The notes beneath the pieces were generated by a model that saw only the letters and a program-made list of their open reading frames with translations, made no database searches and was not told the DNA's origin. Of a stretch of DNA of 64,000 bases, positions 15,242 to 30,339 are shown piece after piece. This stretch comes from the human T2T-CHM13v2.0 reference genome, Homo sapiens: assembly GCF_009914755.1 (NCBI RefSeq), contig NC_060928.1; one strand, given 5' to 3'. The translations under genes and the position numbers were made by a program. Position 1 is the stretch's first letter. Each line of letters starts with the position of its first letter.

Positions 15242-16202
15242 TCATTGCCCTTTACTTTTACCTCAACTAAATAATTTAGATTCAATGTAGAACACAAAAT
15301 TAATAATAGAACATAAAGAATAAACTAAGTTTTTCACACCCCATTCAAACATCAAATTGAATAATATGCTGAAAGAATAAGGTGTGTGTTTTTACAACTC
15401 TTGCAATTTTAAACCTGTATTAATATATCTTAGAAATGAGTTGACCTTGAGCTACACTACAATGCTAAACTCTCAGAAGCTTATAATCACCGTAGTCCTC
15501 AGATCTTTCCTAAGGAACGTAACATTTTGACACAGAAGAATCCTTGCATTTTAGCTTTTAACAAAATCTCAAGCAGTCTGTTAACCAGATTACCATCAGC
15601 ATCATCAGAAATGGGGAAAAGGAAAGGCTTTGGTGGGTGGGGCAGGGGGTTGATAAAACCTAAGAATGGAGTGAGAAATCGAGTAAAACTCAATGATGCC
15701 TATAGGCCATATTACTTGGTAATACAAAAAAATAGATATATATATTTGACCCAATAACACGACATCAAAAACTATATAGTTTGATAATACTTGGACAAAT
15801 TTTGAAATGATAGATACATGAATTTTTTTCTAGAATCAAATACAACAAACTCTGCATTTGCCTTTGAAGAGTGAGATTATTAAGGGGTATTAGGTATATA
15901 AAGGGAATTCGATTATAAAGAGAAACATTTACACTTTATTTTATACTTAGTGTTTAATTTATTTACTTTTGCACTTATTAATTTGATGTATAGGTAAAAA
16001 ATTAAAATATTTAAAGCTCTCTTCAATAGACAAAAATGTTTTTTTTAAACATATCACTTTTACCTACAGTTAGTACTTCTTTTGTTTCAGGGTTTAAAAC
16101 ATAAAATGTTTTGAAACAGATTTGCTGATTTTCATTATTGATGGTCTGAAACGTTTGCTCTTAGAAGGATGTTAGTGAAGGAGGTTTATCTTATCAAATT
16201 CT

Positions 16203-16720
16203 ATGAGTTAGCTACTGCAATACAGTAGAGCACCCCAAAATTTAGTTGCTTAAAGCAGCAACCATAATTCGGTGGGTGAACTATTTGGCTTGACCTCAGC
16301 TGGGTGGTTTTTGTGGTCTGTGCCAGGCTAGGCTGACCACAGCTGGGCTGTCTCAGTGCGGCCATGGTCAGCTGCCAGGATGACGAGGAACGAGTCAGTT
16401 AGTCTAGGATGGTCTCTTTTGGAAGGGCTTATGTCTGCTCCATATGGTCTCTTCCTCCTACAGGTTAGCACAGCCTTGTTCACCTAAGGGTTCATCAGGG
16501 TTCCAAGAGATGGAGCAGAAACAGGCCAGGCCTCTCAAGGATTTGGCTCAGAATTGGCCAACAACATCACTTTCACCACATTCTAGGCTAAAGCAACTCA
16601 CAGGGCCAGCCCAGGTTCAACGGATGGGGAAATAGACTCTGCCACTTTATGAAGGTGTTGCAGAGGCACATTAAAAAGAGGCATGTCTACAAAGGAAGGA
16701 ATAATTGCAGCCATTATTAC
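16203..16720 (-). mobile_element. MLT1-type MaLR LTR
   Basis: caccccaaaatttagttgcttaaagcagcaa...ggccagcccaggttcaa...ggggaaatagactc motifs. Confidence 0.75.
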
Positions 16721-16914
16721 TAAGAAATGTACAATACACGGTCTTATGCTACCCCCAAAATTTGTGAATAACCAATAGAATCACTTTGTGGGAACCCGAA
16801 ATATATCACTTTTCTTAACGTTTGCCCACATAATTATCTTTATACTGGTACAATATAAGCAATTATTCAACTAGTAAAACTAATTAATACTCTAGATATA
16901 GCTTCCTTTTAATG

Positions 16915-17830
16915 TTAACAGCTAACACTGGCTATGAAGCATTTGCTCTGTGCCAGGCAATGTCCTAAGCACAGTATGTCATATCACAAAAGTAGGTGGT
17001 GGTTAGGGTTTGGAGTCTGGACCCCAGCTTGCTTTGAATCCCTATGTTAGTATTTATTAGCTGTGTGACCTTGGGCAAGTGAATTAACCTTATTGTGCTT
17101 CCATTTTCTACCTATAAAATGGGCTAATAATAAACTTACATAACTCATAAGATTGACATGATGATTAGATTTAATCTATGTTAAGTGCTGGTAACAATAC
17201 CTAGTGTATAGTAAGGGTTATATAGCTGTCAGCTCTTGTTATCGTCATCATCATCATCATCATCCCCCTCACAATAACCGTGTGGTGGTTAATTTTGTGT
17301 GTCATGCATGACTAATACAAACTCTGTGAGGTAGCTTCTATTATTGTCTCCATTTTACGGAGAAGAACACTGAAGTTCAGGGAGACTGACCAAAGTCACA
17401 AAGGCAAGATGTGGCAGGACCCTCATTCAAGCCCTGGCAGCTGTTTCGAGTCTGGGCTTTTCATGCCCTACAACACTGCCATGCCACTTAACAGTACCTT
17501 CCAGAATAGTTGTCTACAGGTCAAACATATACAGGTCATGTTCTTTTTTCCCCCGTGGTTAACATTTCAGAAGAGCTTTATTTTCCCCACTGCTTGGTTT
17601 GCAGCTGAGCAGATATAAGAGGTAGCTGTATGTACAGAAAGAACTCTGACATGCAATCAGCTTAACTCCTACATGCAAAATACAGAGCTGCACACTTGCA
17701 GACATCTCGTTTTATCTTCACAGATAACCCATTGGGTATGTATTATCCCCATTTTATAGATGAGGACACCGAGACTGCTCTTGTCCAACATCACAAAGAA
17801 TGGGTCTACCTCCAAAGCTTTTTCTGCTAG
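16915..17830. mobile_element. Cluster of MIR fragments in both orientations
   Basis: MIR cores gctgtgtgaccttgggcaagt (~17060), ccattttacggagaagaacactga (~17350) and cccattttatagatgaggacaccgag (~17750). Confidence 0.75.
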
Positions 17831-18001
17831 GCAGAATTGCTAAATTAAATGTAAAGAGATTCTATTGTAAACACTTTTGTAAAGTGAATCTGTAATAATC
17901 ATAACCTAATTTGTTTGTTGTGGAAAGGTGGAGGGTCTCACTTCTTAAAAGTGACTTCATGGTTCAACTCTGATGAATGATTCTGTTCTCTTCACTTCCA
18001 G

Positions 18002-18481
<480 letters not shown>

Positions 18482-18672
18482 AAGGAAGGAAGGAAGGAAG
18501 GAAGGAAGGAAGGAAGGAAGGAAGGAAGGAAGGAAGGAAGGAAGGAAGGAAGGAAGGAAGGGAGGGAGGGAGGGAGGGAGGGAGGGAGGGAGGGAGGGAG
18601 GGAGGGAGGGAGGGAGGGAGGGAGGGAGGGAGGAAGGGGGAAAAGGAGTGGGGGAGGGAGGGAGGAAGGAAG
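18482..18672. repeat. (GGAA)~19(GGGA)~18 polypurine microsatellite
   Basis: GGAA units at 18484-18559, GGGA units at 18560-18631. Confidence 0.95.
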
Positions 18673-20099
18673 GGACAAAGCGACTGTCCCAGGAAGAGAG
18701 CTCAGCTCAGCCTTCAGGAATCTGGCCACTCCAGGAGTCACCCTAACAATCTAAGTTCATCGTGAAACAAAGGCTTTAGGGGAGGGGAGAAGAAGGAGTG
18801 AAGTGGAGATGACAAACAAAAAGATAATGATCGTGTAGCAACTGAACACACAGGGGGCTTTCTTTAAAATCGTGCAGTCTTGGTCTTGGAAACGATGGAG
18901 CTGGTTTCCTAACATCCTCCCGCTAACCTAGAATCATATTCACATTGGAAAGCCACCTCTGCATCAGAGGTGCAGTCACTTTCTCAGCAGTGCCAACACA
19001 TGAGATCTGGAGATACTTGTACAAATAAGCCATTGTCTGATCCACTGTTGAAACTTCTGAAAAGGTAATACAAGATAAGCCTTCTTGTATAAAATGTAAT
19101 ACAAGATAAAACTCAGAGAAGCTGTAAAGGCCTTCAAACTCAAATTTCACTGATAGTCTGTATCAATGATAGTATATAACTAATATGAAAAAGAAAGCAA
19201 TGTATTGTATTATTGAAGTCAATTTTCAAAAATATATGGATATTTTCTAAACTCAAAAACTTACCACTAGGGAAGGCAATATGAAACAGCTTTTTTTCTT
19301 TTTCTTTTCTTTTCTTTTCTTTTTATTTGTCTGTTTTCTAGTTACTAATGAGCATTAGCTTACTTTAATTGCCTCATCTCTGCCATTCATCTTAAAGATA
19401 TTTTTAAAATATGTTTTTGACCAAGCCTGGAACATAATGTACATAGTAGGGAATCAATAAATGGGTCATTTGTTAAATGATACGGACTTGGAGAGAACAA
19501 CTGAATTGTACTTGGATTCCTTCAGAAGAGCAAGAACTTGGTGCTAGGTGGCAGCAGAGACACAACCAAAACTTATTTAGGGACCTTAGAGTGGCAACTG
19601 TAAATGCTTTTTCATCTTCATTAAGAAAAGAAATGGGAGGGTCATCTTAAGTGGGAAATGGTTTCTGTGAATGACTACTGTAAGTGCTGAAAGAAACCTA
19701 AGTGTCAGGATCAGAGTTACAGAGCAAAGAGGACCCCAGCGTTTTGATTCCGAGTTGGCTTCAACACTGTCCCATCAAATGGCCATAGCAGGAGTGCAGT
19801 GTTTAAACAATATGGCCAAAACCCTGGGCTCTATAAGTCTGAGTGGCAAAAATTTGTGTGTAATATTTTCCATTTGTTTCTGCAGTAAATCTGCTATAGG
19901 TCAAACATAATCAACAAATATTTTATTTCTGAGCTTTTTGTTTACCTCAATAAGCATTTTTGAGTGCATGCCAGGAGCTCTGCTGGGCTGTGTGGGCAAG
20001 GTGCAGAATCTAAAAAAGACGTGATCTCAAGATGCTTTCAGCCTATTGAGGGCAACAAATAAAAATCTCTTTCGTACTGAGTTATAGTTGGAGCAATCA

Positions 20100-20109
20100 C
20101 CTAATATGG
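20100..20109. promoter_or_regulatory. Consensus CArG box (CCTAATATGG)
   Basis: CC(A/T)6GG match, the reverse complement of the FOS SRE core CCATATTAGG. Motif match only. Confidence 0.35.
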
Positions 20110-20601
20110 AAAAAAATATTTTTATGAGATTATGAAATTTTACTTGGACTCCAAGGTTTACCTTCCCTAGCTTTAGATGAATATCCACATAAAACCTTTA
20201 CAGCTTGAGCCAATTTGAGTAGTGACAGCTAGGATGTTCAGTCGGACCCATGGACCAAAACGTGAGAGGACAAAGCATTGTTGGTTGATACTGTTTGTGT
20301 TGTCACTTTTTTTGCCAAGTTCTATCTTTAGCTCTTGTTTGGAATTTTTATGATTCGGTAGCTGGGTTCCCCAAATGTGAGCTCAGTCAGGAAATGAAAC
20401 GGTAGCACTCGTTCAAAACAAGCTTGAAAGAACCAGGCCCTCCAGCTGGCAGTGCTTCTGCGTCAGATGAGAGCAGCACAATCACCTCTTCTTTAACAAC
20501 TTCACACAACACAGGGATTCTCAGAAGACTCTGACAGTGTGAAATCACTTGTTGAACTAGTGGCATCTTCTTATGTTTTTCCTCTCTTTCCCCTTCCTTA
20601 G

Positions 20602-20944
20602 CCAACACTGAAAACTGTAGTTACGAGTCAATGGGAGAATCCAACAATGACCACTTCCAACACTTTCCACCTCCCCCTCCAATCTTGGAGACAAGTTCCT
20701 TGGAGTTGGCTTCAAAGAAACCATCTGAGATCCAGCAGGTGAACAACCCTGAGTTAGGCCTGAGCAGGGCAGCCCTTCAAATGCAATTCAATGCTGCTGA
20801 GAGGGAAACGAACGGAGTCCATCCCAGCCGTGGAGTAAATGGACTGATTAACGGCAAAGCTAACAGTAATAAATCTCTTCCAACACCAGCTGTCCTGCTT
20901 TCACCCACTAAGGAGCCACCACCTCTGCTTGCCAAACCAAAACT
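20602..20944 (+). CDS. PALLD: Palladin coding exon (probably exon 10), proline-rich region with FPPPPP Ena/VASP EVH1-ligand motif
   Basis: Acceptor ctctttccccttccttag, donor CT|gtgagt, 343 nt, in frame with the previous exon: ANTENCSYESMGESNNDHFQHFPPPPPILETSS...PPPLLAKPKL. Overlaps ORF 20631-20948. Confidence 0.96.
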
Positions 20945-23224
20945 GTGAGTATTTCTGCATGGTTTTATAATAATTTCCATACCCCTGTTACATTTCCTGT
21001 CTGGTGAGAAAAAAACTTTTGCCTGTATTCAACTATGTGGCAAGTTGGCCTTGACTCATGGGACCTTGCTGCCAAGTGGTGTCTTTCAACAATATAAAAG
21101 ACACCTAAAAATAAAGAAGGGAAATGAAAAGCTTGGTGAAATCTGCCCTTTGCTGAAAGCTATAACTGGTTATGGCTGTGAAAATATCTGTGCCCAGTGT
21201 GGGCTTCCAACATACAGCTAAGGATGTAGCCACTCCCTGGAGGCCATGGAAAAGGGGGATCTACTTTCAGCCCTTTATTAAAAGCATTTCAAAAAGTGAG
21301 TATAAGTACTTTGCATTTGTTACTTTAAATATTAAGTATCAGTAAGAAGATCTGATATAGACAAGCGGGGAAAGACTAAAAACTGAGGCTGGAAATTCAG
21401 GGTGCAGATCCTGGCAGGGCAATGAAACTGGAGGGAAGCAGGCTTGTGGGCAAGAAGAGCGCCCTTCACAACACAGGCTACTTGGCTTGGAATTCCATGG
21501 AGCTGCATATTTCCATGAATACCATCTTCACAGTTGATGTCCATTATTTTCTTAGGATGATAAACCTTGCATGAGCTGTTTCCATTGGCACCGCACAGCA
21601 GAGAGTTGTTATGAATGGAGCCATTACAATGTCAGAGAGAGGCAGAAATAAATTAGCTCAAAGGGTTCTACCATAGCGCAAGAGACCCTGAATTACTGCC
21701 CTGCCAGAGGTTAGTGGAAATGTAAGAGTCATAGTGAATGTGTATGTATTCTATGAGGTCACATTCCCATGAGAATGTATTTGCCAGAACCTAGGAAAGC
21801 CCCTTCTATTTACCCATATCTGATGTTTTTGATTTGGGGCAGGAAGGGCTTCTTTAGGGGTTATTCTTTATTTCCCTAGCATTGACTAGCCTACTCTTTT
21901 CTCTCTGTGATCAGTTCATTTGTTAGAAATGTTAGAATTTAAAAGATATTTGAATTAGAATAACACCTTACCTTTGTACATCACTTTATTGTTTACTGAG
22001 TGATTTCATGAACAACATTAGACTAATCAAATAACAAAAGCAGTCAAAAGAATACCTTAAGTTAAGAAATGGGCTAACAATTATATAAAACCAGACTTCT
22101 GGACAATCTTGGGTTGCAGTTTCAAAAATCGATATATTGCTACCCTCTACTTAATTTTGCATTGTGTTCTGGCTCTCTTTTAAGACAGTAGGGCTACTCA
22201 CTAAGCTTGTACACAATAGTGTGAAAGGTGCTGGTGAACATTTAATACCTATGCGCCATCTCCATTCAGAGGCTGAACAGGTATAATGAGCTAAAAAATG
22301 GTGTCCTTAAAAGAGATTTATGCTCTTGTAGCAGCAACCCATAAAATTAATTGCCACTGCTGACTTCTTTCATCTTTGCATTTTGAATATGTATTTGCAG
22401 TGCTTTTAATGAAACAAGGGACCTGCTCTCCAGGGAGAGAAAGGGCAAATGTGTTGAATGACTAGGACTTGACTGTGGTCTTGATTAAGTAAAGTCTATC
22501 TACTCTAATGGGTATCATAAATTGGATGTAAATCACAGGAGAGCAAATACGAGGAGCTGTTAAGAGGCATCTACAGCCCGTCTTATCTCAGGAGTTTCAA
22601 CAGCTCTGCAGCTTTTAGCTCTGCTTTGCAGCCAGGTTAATGTATATGGCAAGGGGGTAATATCTACAGAATGTAGACAAAACAACTTCGCGTTCATTAA
22701 GAGGATGACAGCTTAAGCACAAGTTTAAAGAACATCAGGATTTGCTTGTGAGTGAGATAAAATATGAATATATATAAATATATAAATATAAATATAAGAT
22801 AAAATATAAAATAAGATGCAGAAAAAATGGACTTAAATGTATGAGGCCCAAATAAATAGGTTACTCTCCCTTCATGAGGAAATTTAAGGGAAAAAGCAGA
22901 ACACCTAACCACAAAACCCAACAGCTTAGAAACAACATTTACTTGTACTAGGTTTTCCCATTGTTTTTTTTTTTTTTTTTTTTTTTTTTCAAATCTTCGT
23001 ATGTTTAAACATATTCTTAGGGAATCACTTGATTTTTGTTTTTTCGTGTTGCATATTTACCTGCCATTTAACTAGGTAGAAAATAATATGTGATGATACT
23101 TTTTAAATATATATTTTTAAATTTTCTTATGATTTAGAATATGTTATTGGATTTTGTTTTATTACAAAATCAGTGGATGCTTGATGTGACAATTCAAACA
23201 ACACAGAGGCTATTAAAGTTTATA

Positions 23225-23450
23225 CTCTCTGCTTCCCTTCTTCCAACCCAGCCCTCTGAAAGTTGTGGTATGGTGTATTATCAGAGCCTTTTCTAAAAAA
23301 GGTTTTTGCAGTGTTTTCAAAGTTTTCTTTCAGTGTTTGTTCAGTTTTCAAAGTGCTCTTTGCTTCCCCATTTCCACCCCTCTCAAAGGTGTGATATTCT
23401 GTATTATCACAACCTTTTCTAAAAAATGGTTTGTTCAGTGTTCTCAAAGT
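23225..23450. repeat. Diverged ~100-bp direct duplication, period ~130
   Basis: tgtattatca..ccttttctaaaaaa.ggttt..cagtgtt.tcaaagtt occurs twice. Confidence 0.85.
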
Positions 23451-24078
23451 TGTATTATTGATAGAGAAATACTATTGAATGACATCTACAAATAATGTAG
23501 AACAGCATCTGAGTTATTGATAATGAATGACTATAGGTAACTGCCAAGTGAAATTCTTACACATTCATTTTTTTCTTTTCATACATTGTGGGAAAATATG
23601 AGATTTTATTTGCCTCGTGTGGTCAGCAATGAAAAACTATGGTTTGCTCAAATCTTCTTTTCATCGGTTTATGATTTGATTTTCTTTCACAAAAGGAAAG
23701 GCTTATATTTGGTGGCGTTATGGCAGTTTGTGCATCTCCATCATTTGTAAACAAACTAATAGGAAACAATTCGGAGGGCGCAAGTAATAGGAACTAAAAT
23801 ATTTACTCTCACAATGAATTAATCTGAAAATGGTGTCTGATGTGTCAGATGTCTGGGGGAAAGAAGATCATTTTCAAAAAAAAAAAGAAAACTGCATTTT
23901 TTTTCTCTCTTGAATAGCTCCAATACTGATTGCGGGAAAAGAAAAAAAAAATTCAAGAATGAAACAAAAACCTGGAAGGGCCATGAGCTCTTTTCTCTAA
24001 CTAGGCCCAGCCCCCACCCTGTACTGTCCAACAGAAGTCGTCACCTATAGACTCACAGCCATCCCAGACCTCCAGCCG

Positions 24079-24234
24079 AGTCTGTGGTACCGCTCATAAA
24101 GTAGGGGTTCCTGGTCCAGTCTATGATACCTCTCATAAAGTAGGGGTTCCTGGCTCAGTCTGTGGTACCTCTCATAAAGTGAGGGTTCCTGGCCCAGTCT
24201 GTGGTACCTCTCATAAAGTGGGGGTTCCTGGCTT
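24079..24234. repeat. Minisatellite, 4 x 39 bp
   Basis: agtctgtggtacctctcataaagtaggggttcctggxxx units at 24079, 24118, 24157 and 24196. Confidence 0.95.
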
Positions 24235-24688
24235 AGTATCGTGGACGCATCCACTTCAGCTCCTACATCTCCCTTTGTTTCTAACACTCTCCCTCAAGTG
24301 TAAGCAGAAGATAGTTAAATGTAGGCCATTTGGTGAGTCCCAGATGACCTGCACACAGGATTTGTGCAACGCCTTACCACCCGCTGTGGGACTGCGAAGT
24401 GTGCTTAAACGCTGCACAAGAAAAAATTAATAGCATTATTTCTGCAACTCAGTGGCTGACACTCACAATCTTCAATCACATCATGAAAGAAGCAACACAA
24501 TGCTTAAGTCATAATCTTAACAGGAGGAAAAAGGAGGGAATGAGCGTAAACCTAACTTATACACTATTCTTTTCCTTGGTTCCTTGCTGCCCTCTCATTA
24601 CAAATGATATTTGAAGATCAAAATAAAGGTAGGGCTCACTGTGAAAAATCTCTGCTTCTCTTTATTCCTACCAAAAAAACGGTCCTTC

Positions 24689-25116
<428 letters not shown>

Positions 25117-25869
25117 CTACGGCAGATCCAACAATATATAAATAACAATATGCTGTTTTCAAATCCCCTTTGTTACTTCCTTTTTTATCTTCTTCCTTTG
25201 TCTTGTGGGAGAAAGGTAGGACTCTAAGCCTGTAGACGAGCAAAATGAGAACTCCAAAGGGAGGTTACTGAAGGGTGATGCGATGGGCAAGTTCTTACCC
25301 TGGGACAGATCAGCAGATAAAATGATGCTTATTTGTTACTCTAGTGCCAAAAATATGTGCATTACCGTGAAAGTCTGTGTCCTTTTGCCTGGGAAAATAA
25401 TAATGAAATGATTGTTAAGTGTTTACATGCTAAATCAACAGCTCCCCTTGCTCCTACTCTTACTACTTGCTCTTACCCCAGTCTCTAAAGAAGAAACAGT
25501 ATTATGATTTTCTATCTTAAAAGAGTAAAACGATTTCAGGCTGAATCAACCTTTTCAAAATTACTGCATTTTACAACCTTTGCTTTTCTCTTCCTTTCTC
25601 TCACTCCCACCCTTTGATACCCTATTGTTCTGCAAATCCTGTCTCCAGAGAAAGACATAGCCTATAAAATCATTCATATTGAGCTGTTAGGGATTGTTAG
25701 CATCACCTCAGTCCAGTTCTAGGCTAACAAAGTAAAGTACATCTTAATAAGCAATAATAAGCACTGCACAAAATCAGGAAAATATCATTTCATGAGATGA
25801 TGTGTTTGAGAGATAGAAGAGAAGGAAATAGCAGCCTTTATCATTCTCTTTATTAGTGAGGTTTTCCAT

Positions 25870-26280
25870 ATTTGGAAATTCCTGATGGGTTTCCTCCACA
25901 CTCCTAGACACAAATTGAAGTACAAGTTGTTCCCTTGCCTGGAATGTTCCACTCCCCAGAATGTTCTGCCTCTTATGGCTGGCTCTTACTTGTCTTTCAA
26001 ATCTCAGCTTAATGTCACCACTTCCCTGACCACCCAGTCTAAAGCAGCCACCCAGCCATGTTCCAATAACTCATCCTCATTAATTATCGCATACCACATA
26101 ATTATTTCCGACAGTTACTTGCTTTTTGTTTTTTTTAATTGCTCCCTGCCTCCAATATTATAATGTAGCTTCCTGAGAATGGGAACCCTGACTGTCTTAT
26201 TTCATTGCTCTTTCACTAGGACCCTAGAACAGGGCCTGACAAATAGTAGATGCTCAACGATGTTTTTTGAATGAATGAAG
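25870..26280 (+). mobile_element. L2 3' end
   Basis: cctagaacagggcctgacaaatagtagatgctcaa...gaatgaatgaa terminus. Confidence 0.8.
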
Positions 26281-26355
26281 CAAAAGCAGAACAAAAAAGA
26301 GGAAAAGAAAGATCTCCCACCTTTAGAGCAACCCCCATTTGATCTGCCTAACGTT

Positions 26356-26801
<446 letters not shown>

Positions 26802-27928
26802 TAAATAAGAATCTCATGGGATAGAATTACATTAGAAAAGTTTGTCCAAGTTACTTAATTTGGGAACACTTTCAACTCCTTCCTCATTTCTTCTGTGTTC
26901 TCATTTGATTAGCATCTTAATTTAAAACATTATGAAAAATGAGACATTCGGAAGGACTAGGAGGACATTTTCACTCTCTAGTACATACTTGCAATGTCAG
27001 TTGGCCACAGTGCAATCACACTGCTATTTCAAGGTGTGTGTACTTGACATGTTAACACCCCATCAGATGCCAGACTTGTGGTGAAGGGCCAAGAGCTTCT
27101 GTGCTACTCCCTTCCTGTCCTGTTTATGTTGGACTGCAGCTTCAACTCCAACGTGTGGCTTTGGCAATAGAACTTACAAAGTTGAACATTATCCCGTCCT
27201 TCAACCTCTACTAGTTAGGGTTCAAGATCTCACTATATTACTGTTTGACATTAGTATACAAATGGTTTCTTAGGTTCTGTTCTTGTATAAACCTTACCTG
27301 GTTGATTGAAAAGCAAAGCAAAATAAAAACAAAAAGGACAAAGACAAGGTAAGCAAAAACAAGTTGGGACAAAATAACTAACAAAGGGTCAAGGAAATGT
27401 AATCATTGAATGTACATAAAAGTATTTTAAAATCTAGCACACTTTTTTTTCTTAACCAATATTTCTAATTTTTTACATGTCTGCAACCTGTAGACTTAAA
27501 TCATCCGTAATTTCCATGGAATTTCATGTATGTTCAGTTAGCTAGCCATTACTTTCATTTCTTTTCAACTTAAATTTGTTTTTTCTAGGTAATACAATCA
27601 CACAGTTAAAAGTATAAAGAAATATATGCACTGAAAAGTCTGCCTCTCGGACTCAGTAACCAGTTGTCACTGTCTTGTGTATCCTGCCAGAGATTGTTTA
27701 CATGCCTATCAAGCAAATATATACGTATATATAAAATGTGTATTTTTTCTTTTATTTTTAGACAAGTGCCTACCCACCACATATACTGTTCTGCACCATG
27801 CCTTTTCTATTTAGCAGTAGATTTTAGAGATGTTTCATGTGAGTAATTAAAAAGTCTTATTTTTAAGTGATTGTATATATTTATTGTAGAAATGATTGAT
27901 AATTCCTTTCTCTATTGTTGCCAATCTA

Positions 27929-28226
27929 ATTTTTTTTTTTTTTTTTGAGACGGAGTCTCGCTCTGTTGCCCAGGCTGGAGTGCAGTGGCATGACCTCAGT
28001 TCTCTGCAACCTCCGCCTCCTGGGTTCAAGTAATTCTCCTGCCTCAGCCTCCTGAGTAGCTGGAATTATGGACGTGTACCACAACACCTGGCTAATTTTT
28101 GTATTTTTAGTAGAGACGGGGTTTCACCATGTTGGTCAGGCTGGTCTCAAACTCCCGACCTCGTGACCCACCCGTCTTGTCCTCCCAAAGTGCTGGGATT
28201 ACAGGCGTGAGCCACTGCTCCCAGCC
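27929..28226 (-). mobile_element. Alu (AluS-type)
   Basis: Full antisense dimer with poly-T. Confidence 0.92.
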
Positions 28227-28255
28227 ACCAGTCTAAGTTTCAATGACCTAAGTAA

Positions 28256-29045
<790 letters not shown>

Positions 29046-30339
29046 TAGAACACCATTCATCCCCTCACTGTTAGTTGAACATCTGCAAAATGCTGGGTAA
29101 TGTGGGGTGCTGAAAACACAAAGATGAAAGAGACAAGAGCAGTACCTTTGAATAATCTATAACCTGGTTATCTCTACGATGATTTTGGCAAGAACGTGCA
29201 GATGCATACACATATACACAAAATGCTGCACATCTTTCAGCATCATACAAATTTTGTAGAAGAATGGCCAATCCCTAAATTAGATTCAGTGCAACCCAAA
29301 TGCCTTCTCTTCCCACTTTAATGTTTGAAAGATACATCATTCAGTTTTTGATTCTGAAGATTTAATATGCACCAGCTTTTGTTTCTGGTTAAGTGATTTT
29401 CATTATCCTCGAAGGCTAGTCAAATAACAAAGCAATTTAGTAATGGCAAAAGCATAAAGTGTGGACCAGAGGGGTCTTCAAAATATTAGGGAAGATAGAG
29501 CAGAAAACCATTTTTTTCAGTTTGTTGTTATAAAATTATACACACACTCTGAGTCACCAAACACATTGGAGGTTGATAAGGAACATAGGAGTAGTCACGG
29601 GTCCTAATTCTGCAGTACGTGGCTATGCGGGTATGAACTCTTCATAAATACAATGTGATGATGACTTTGCATTTGCATTTCTCTTCCTCCTTTCTCTCAC
29701 TCCCAGTCTTAGATACCCGATTGTTCCATAAATCTTGTCTTAAGAGAAAGGCATATCCTATAAACTCATTCATGTGAAGGTATTTGCATTAGCAGTGTTG
29801 GTCTTGGATCACTTTGCAAACAACCCTTCCCTGAAAATGAGAAGTCCAATCAAGGAGCTTCCTGAAGTATAAAACTTTTTTAACTAAGTAATAACATTTA
29901 GGTGCATTCATCCTCATGATTTTTTAATGTAAATACTGGCTCTGACACAGTGCCACATTCTTAGATATTAGGCTAATTGTGCTTTGCTGTGCCAGTCTCT
30001 TGGTGAATGTAATGTTTAATTACATTTCCAGAAGAAAGCTGAGTTCTATTTTTATGATTAGGAGTTTTATTTGATGTCTGAAATATAATTGGAAATACTT
30101 GCAGATACCCTATCTGTGTTTGAAGTGGCACTCAATCATCCATAAGAAATACCATATGTCCATTTCAAATATTAGGTGTTTTACATGAAGGAATACATGA
30201 TGATAACAATATTTCTTCAACATATCTTCATTTTACCTAAGTGCGTAGGAGAGCTCTTTTAGTAATTACAAAGTAAGGTGAAAATAGTCATCCCTACTGG
30301 GTAGAGACCTTTTATTTTAAAAGGGGGAGTGGCTAAGCT

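Noticed and set aside
20631-20948. Stand-alone 105-aa gene
   Set aside because: It is most of an internal PALLD exon bounded by canonical splice sites, and the frame continues upstream of the ATG.
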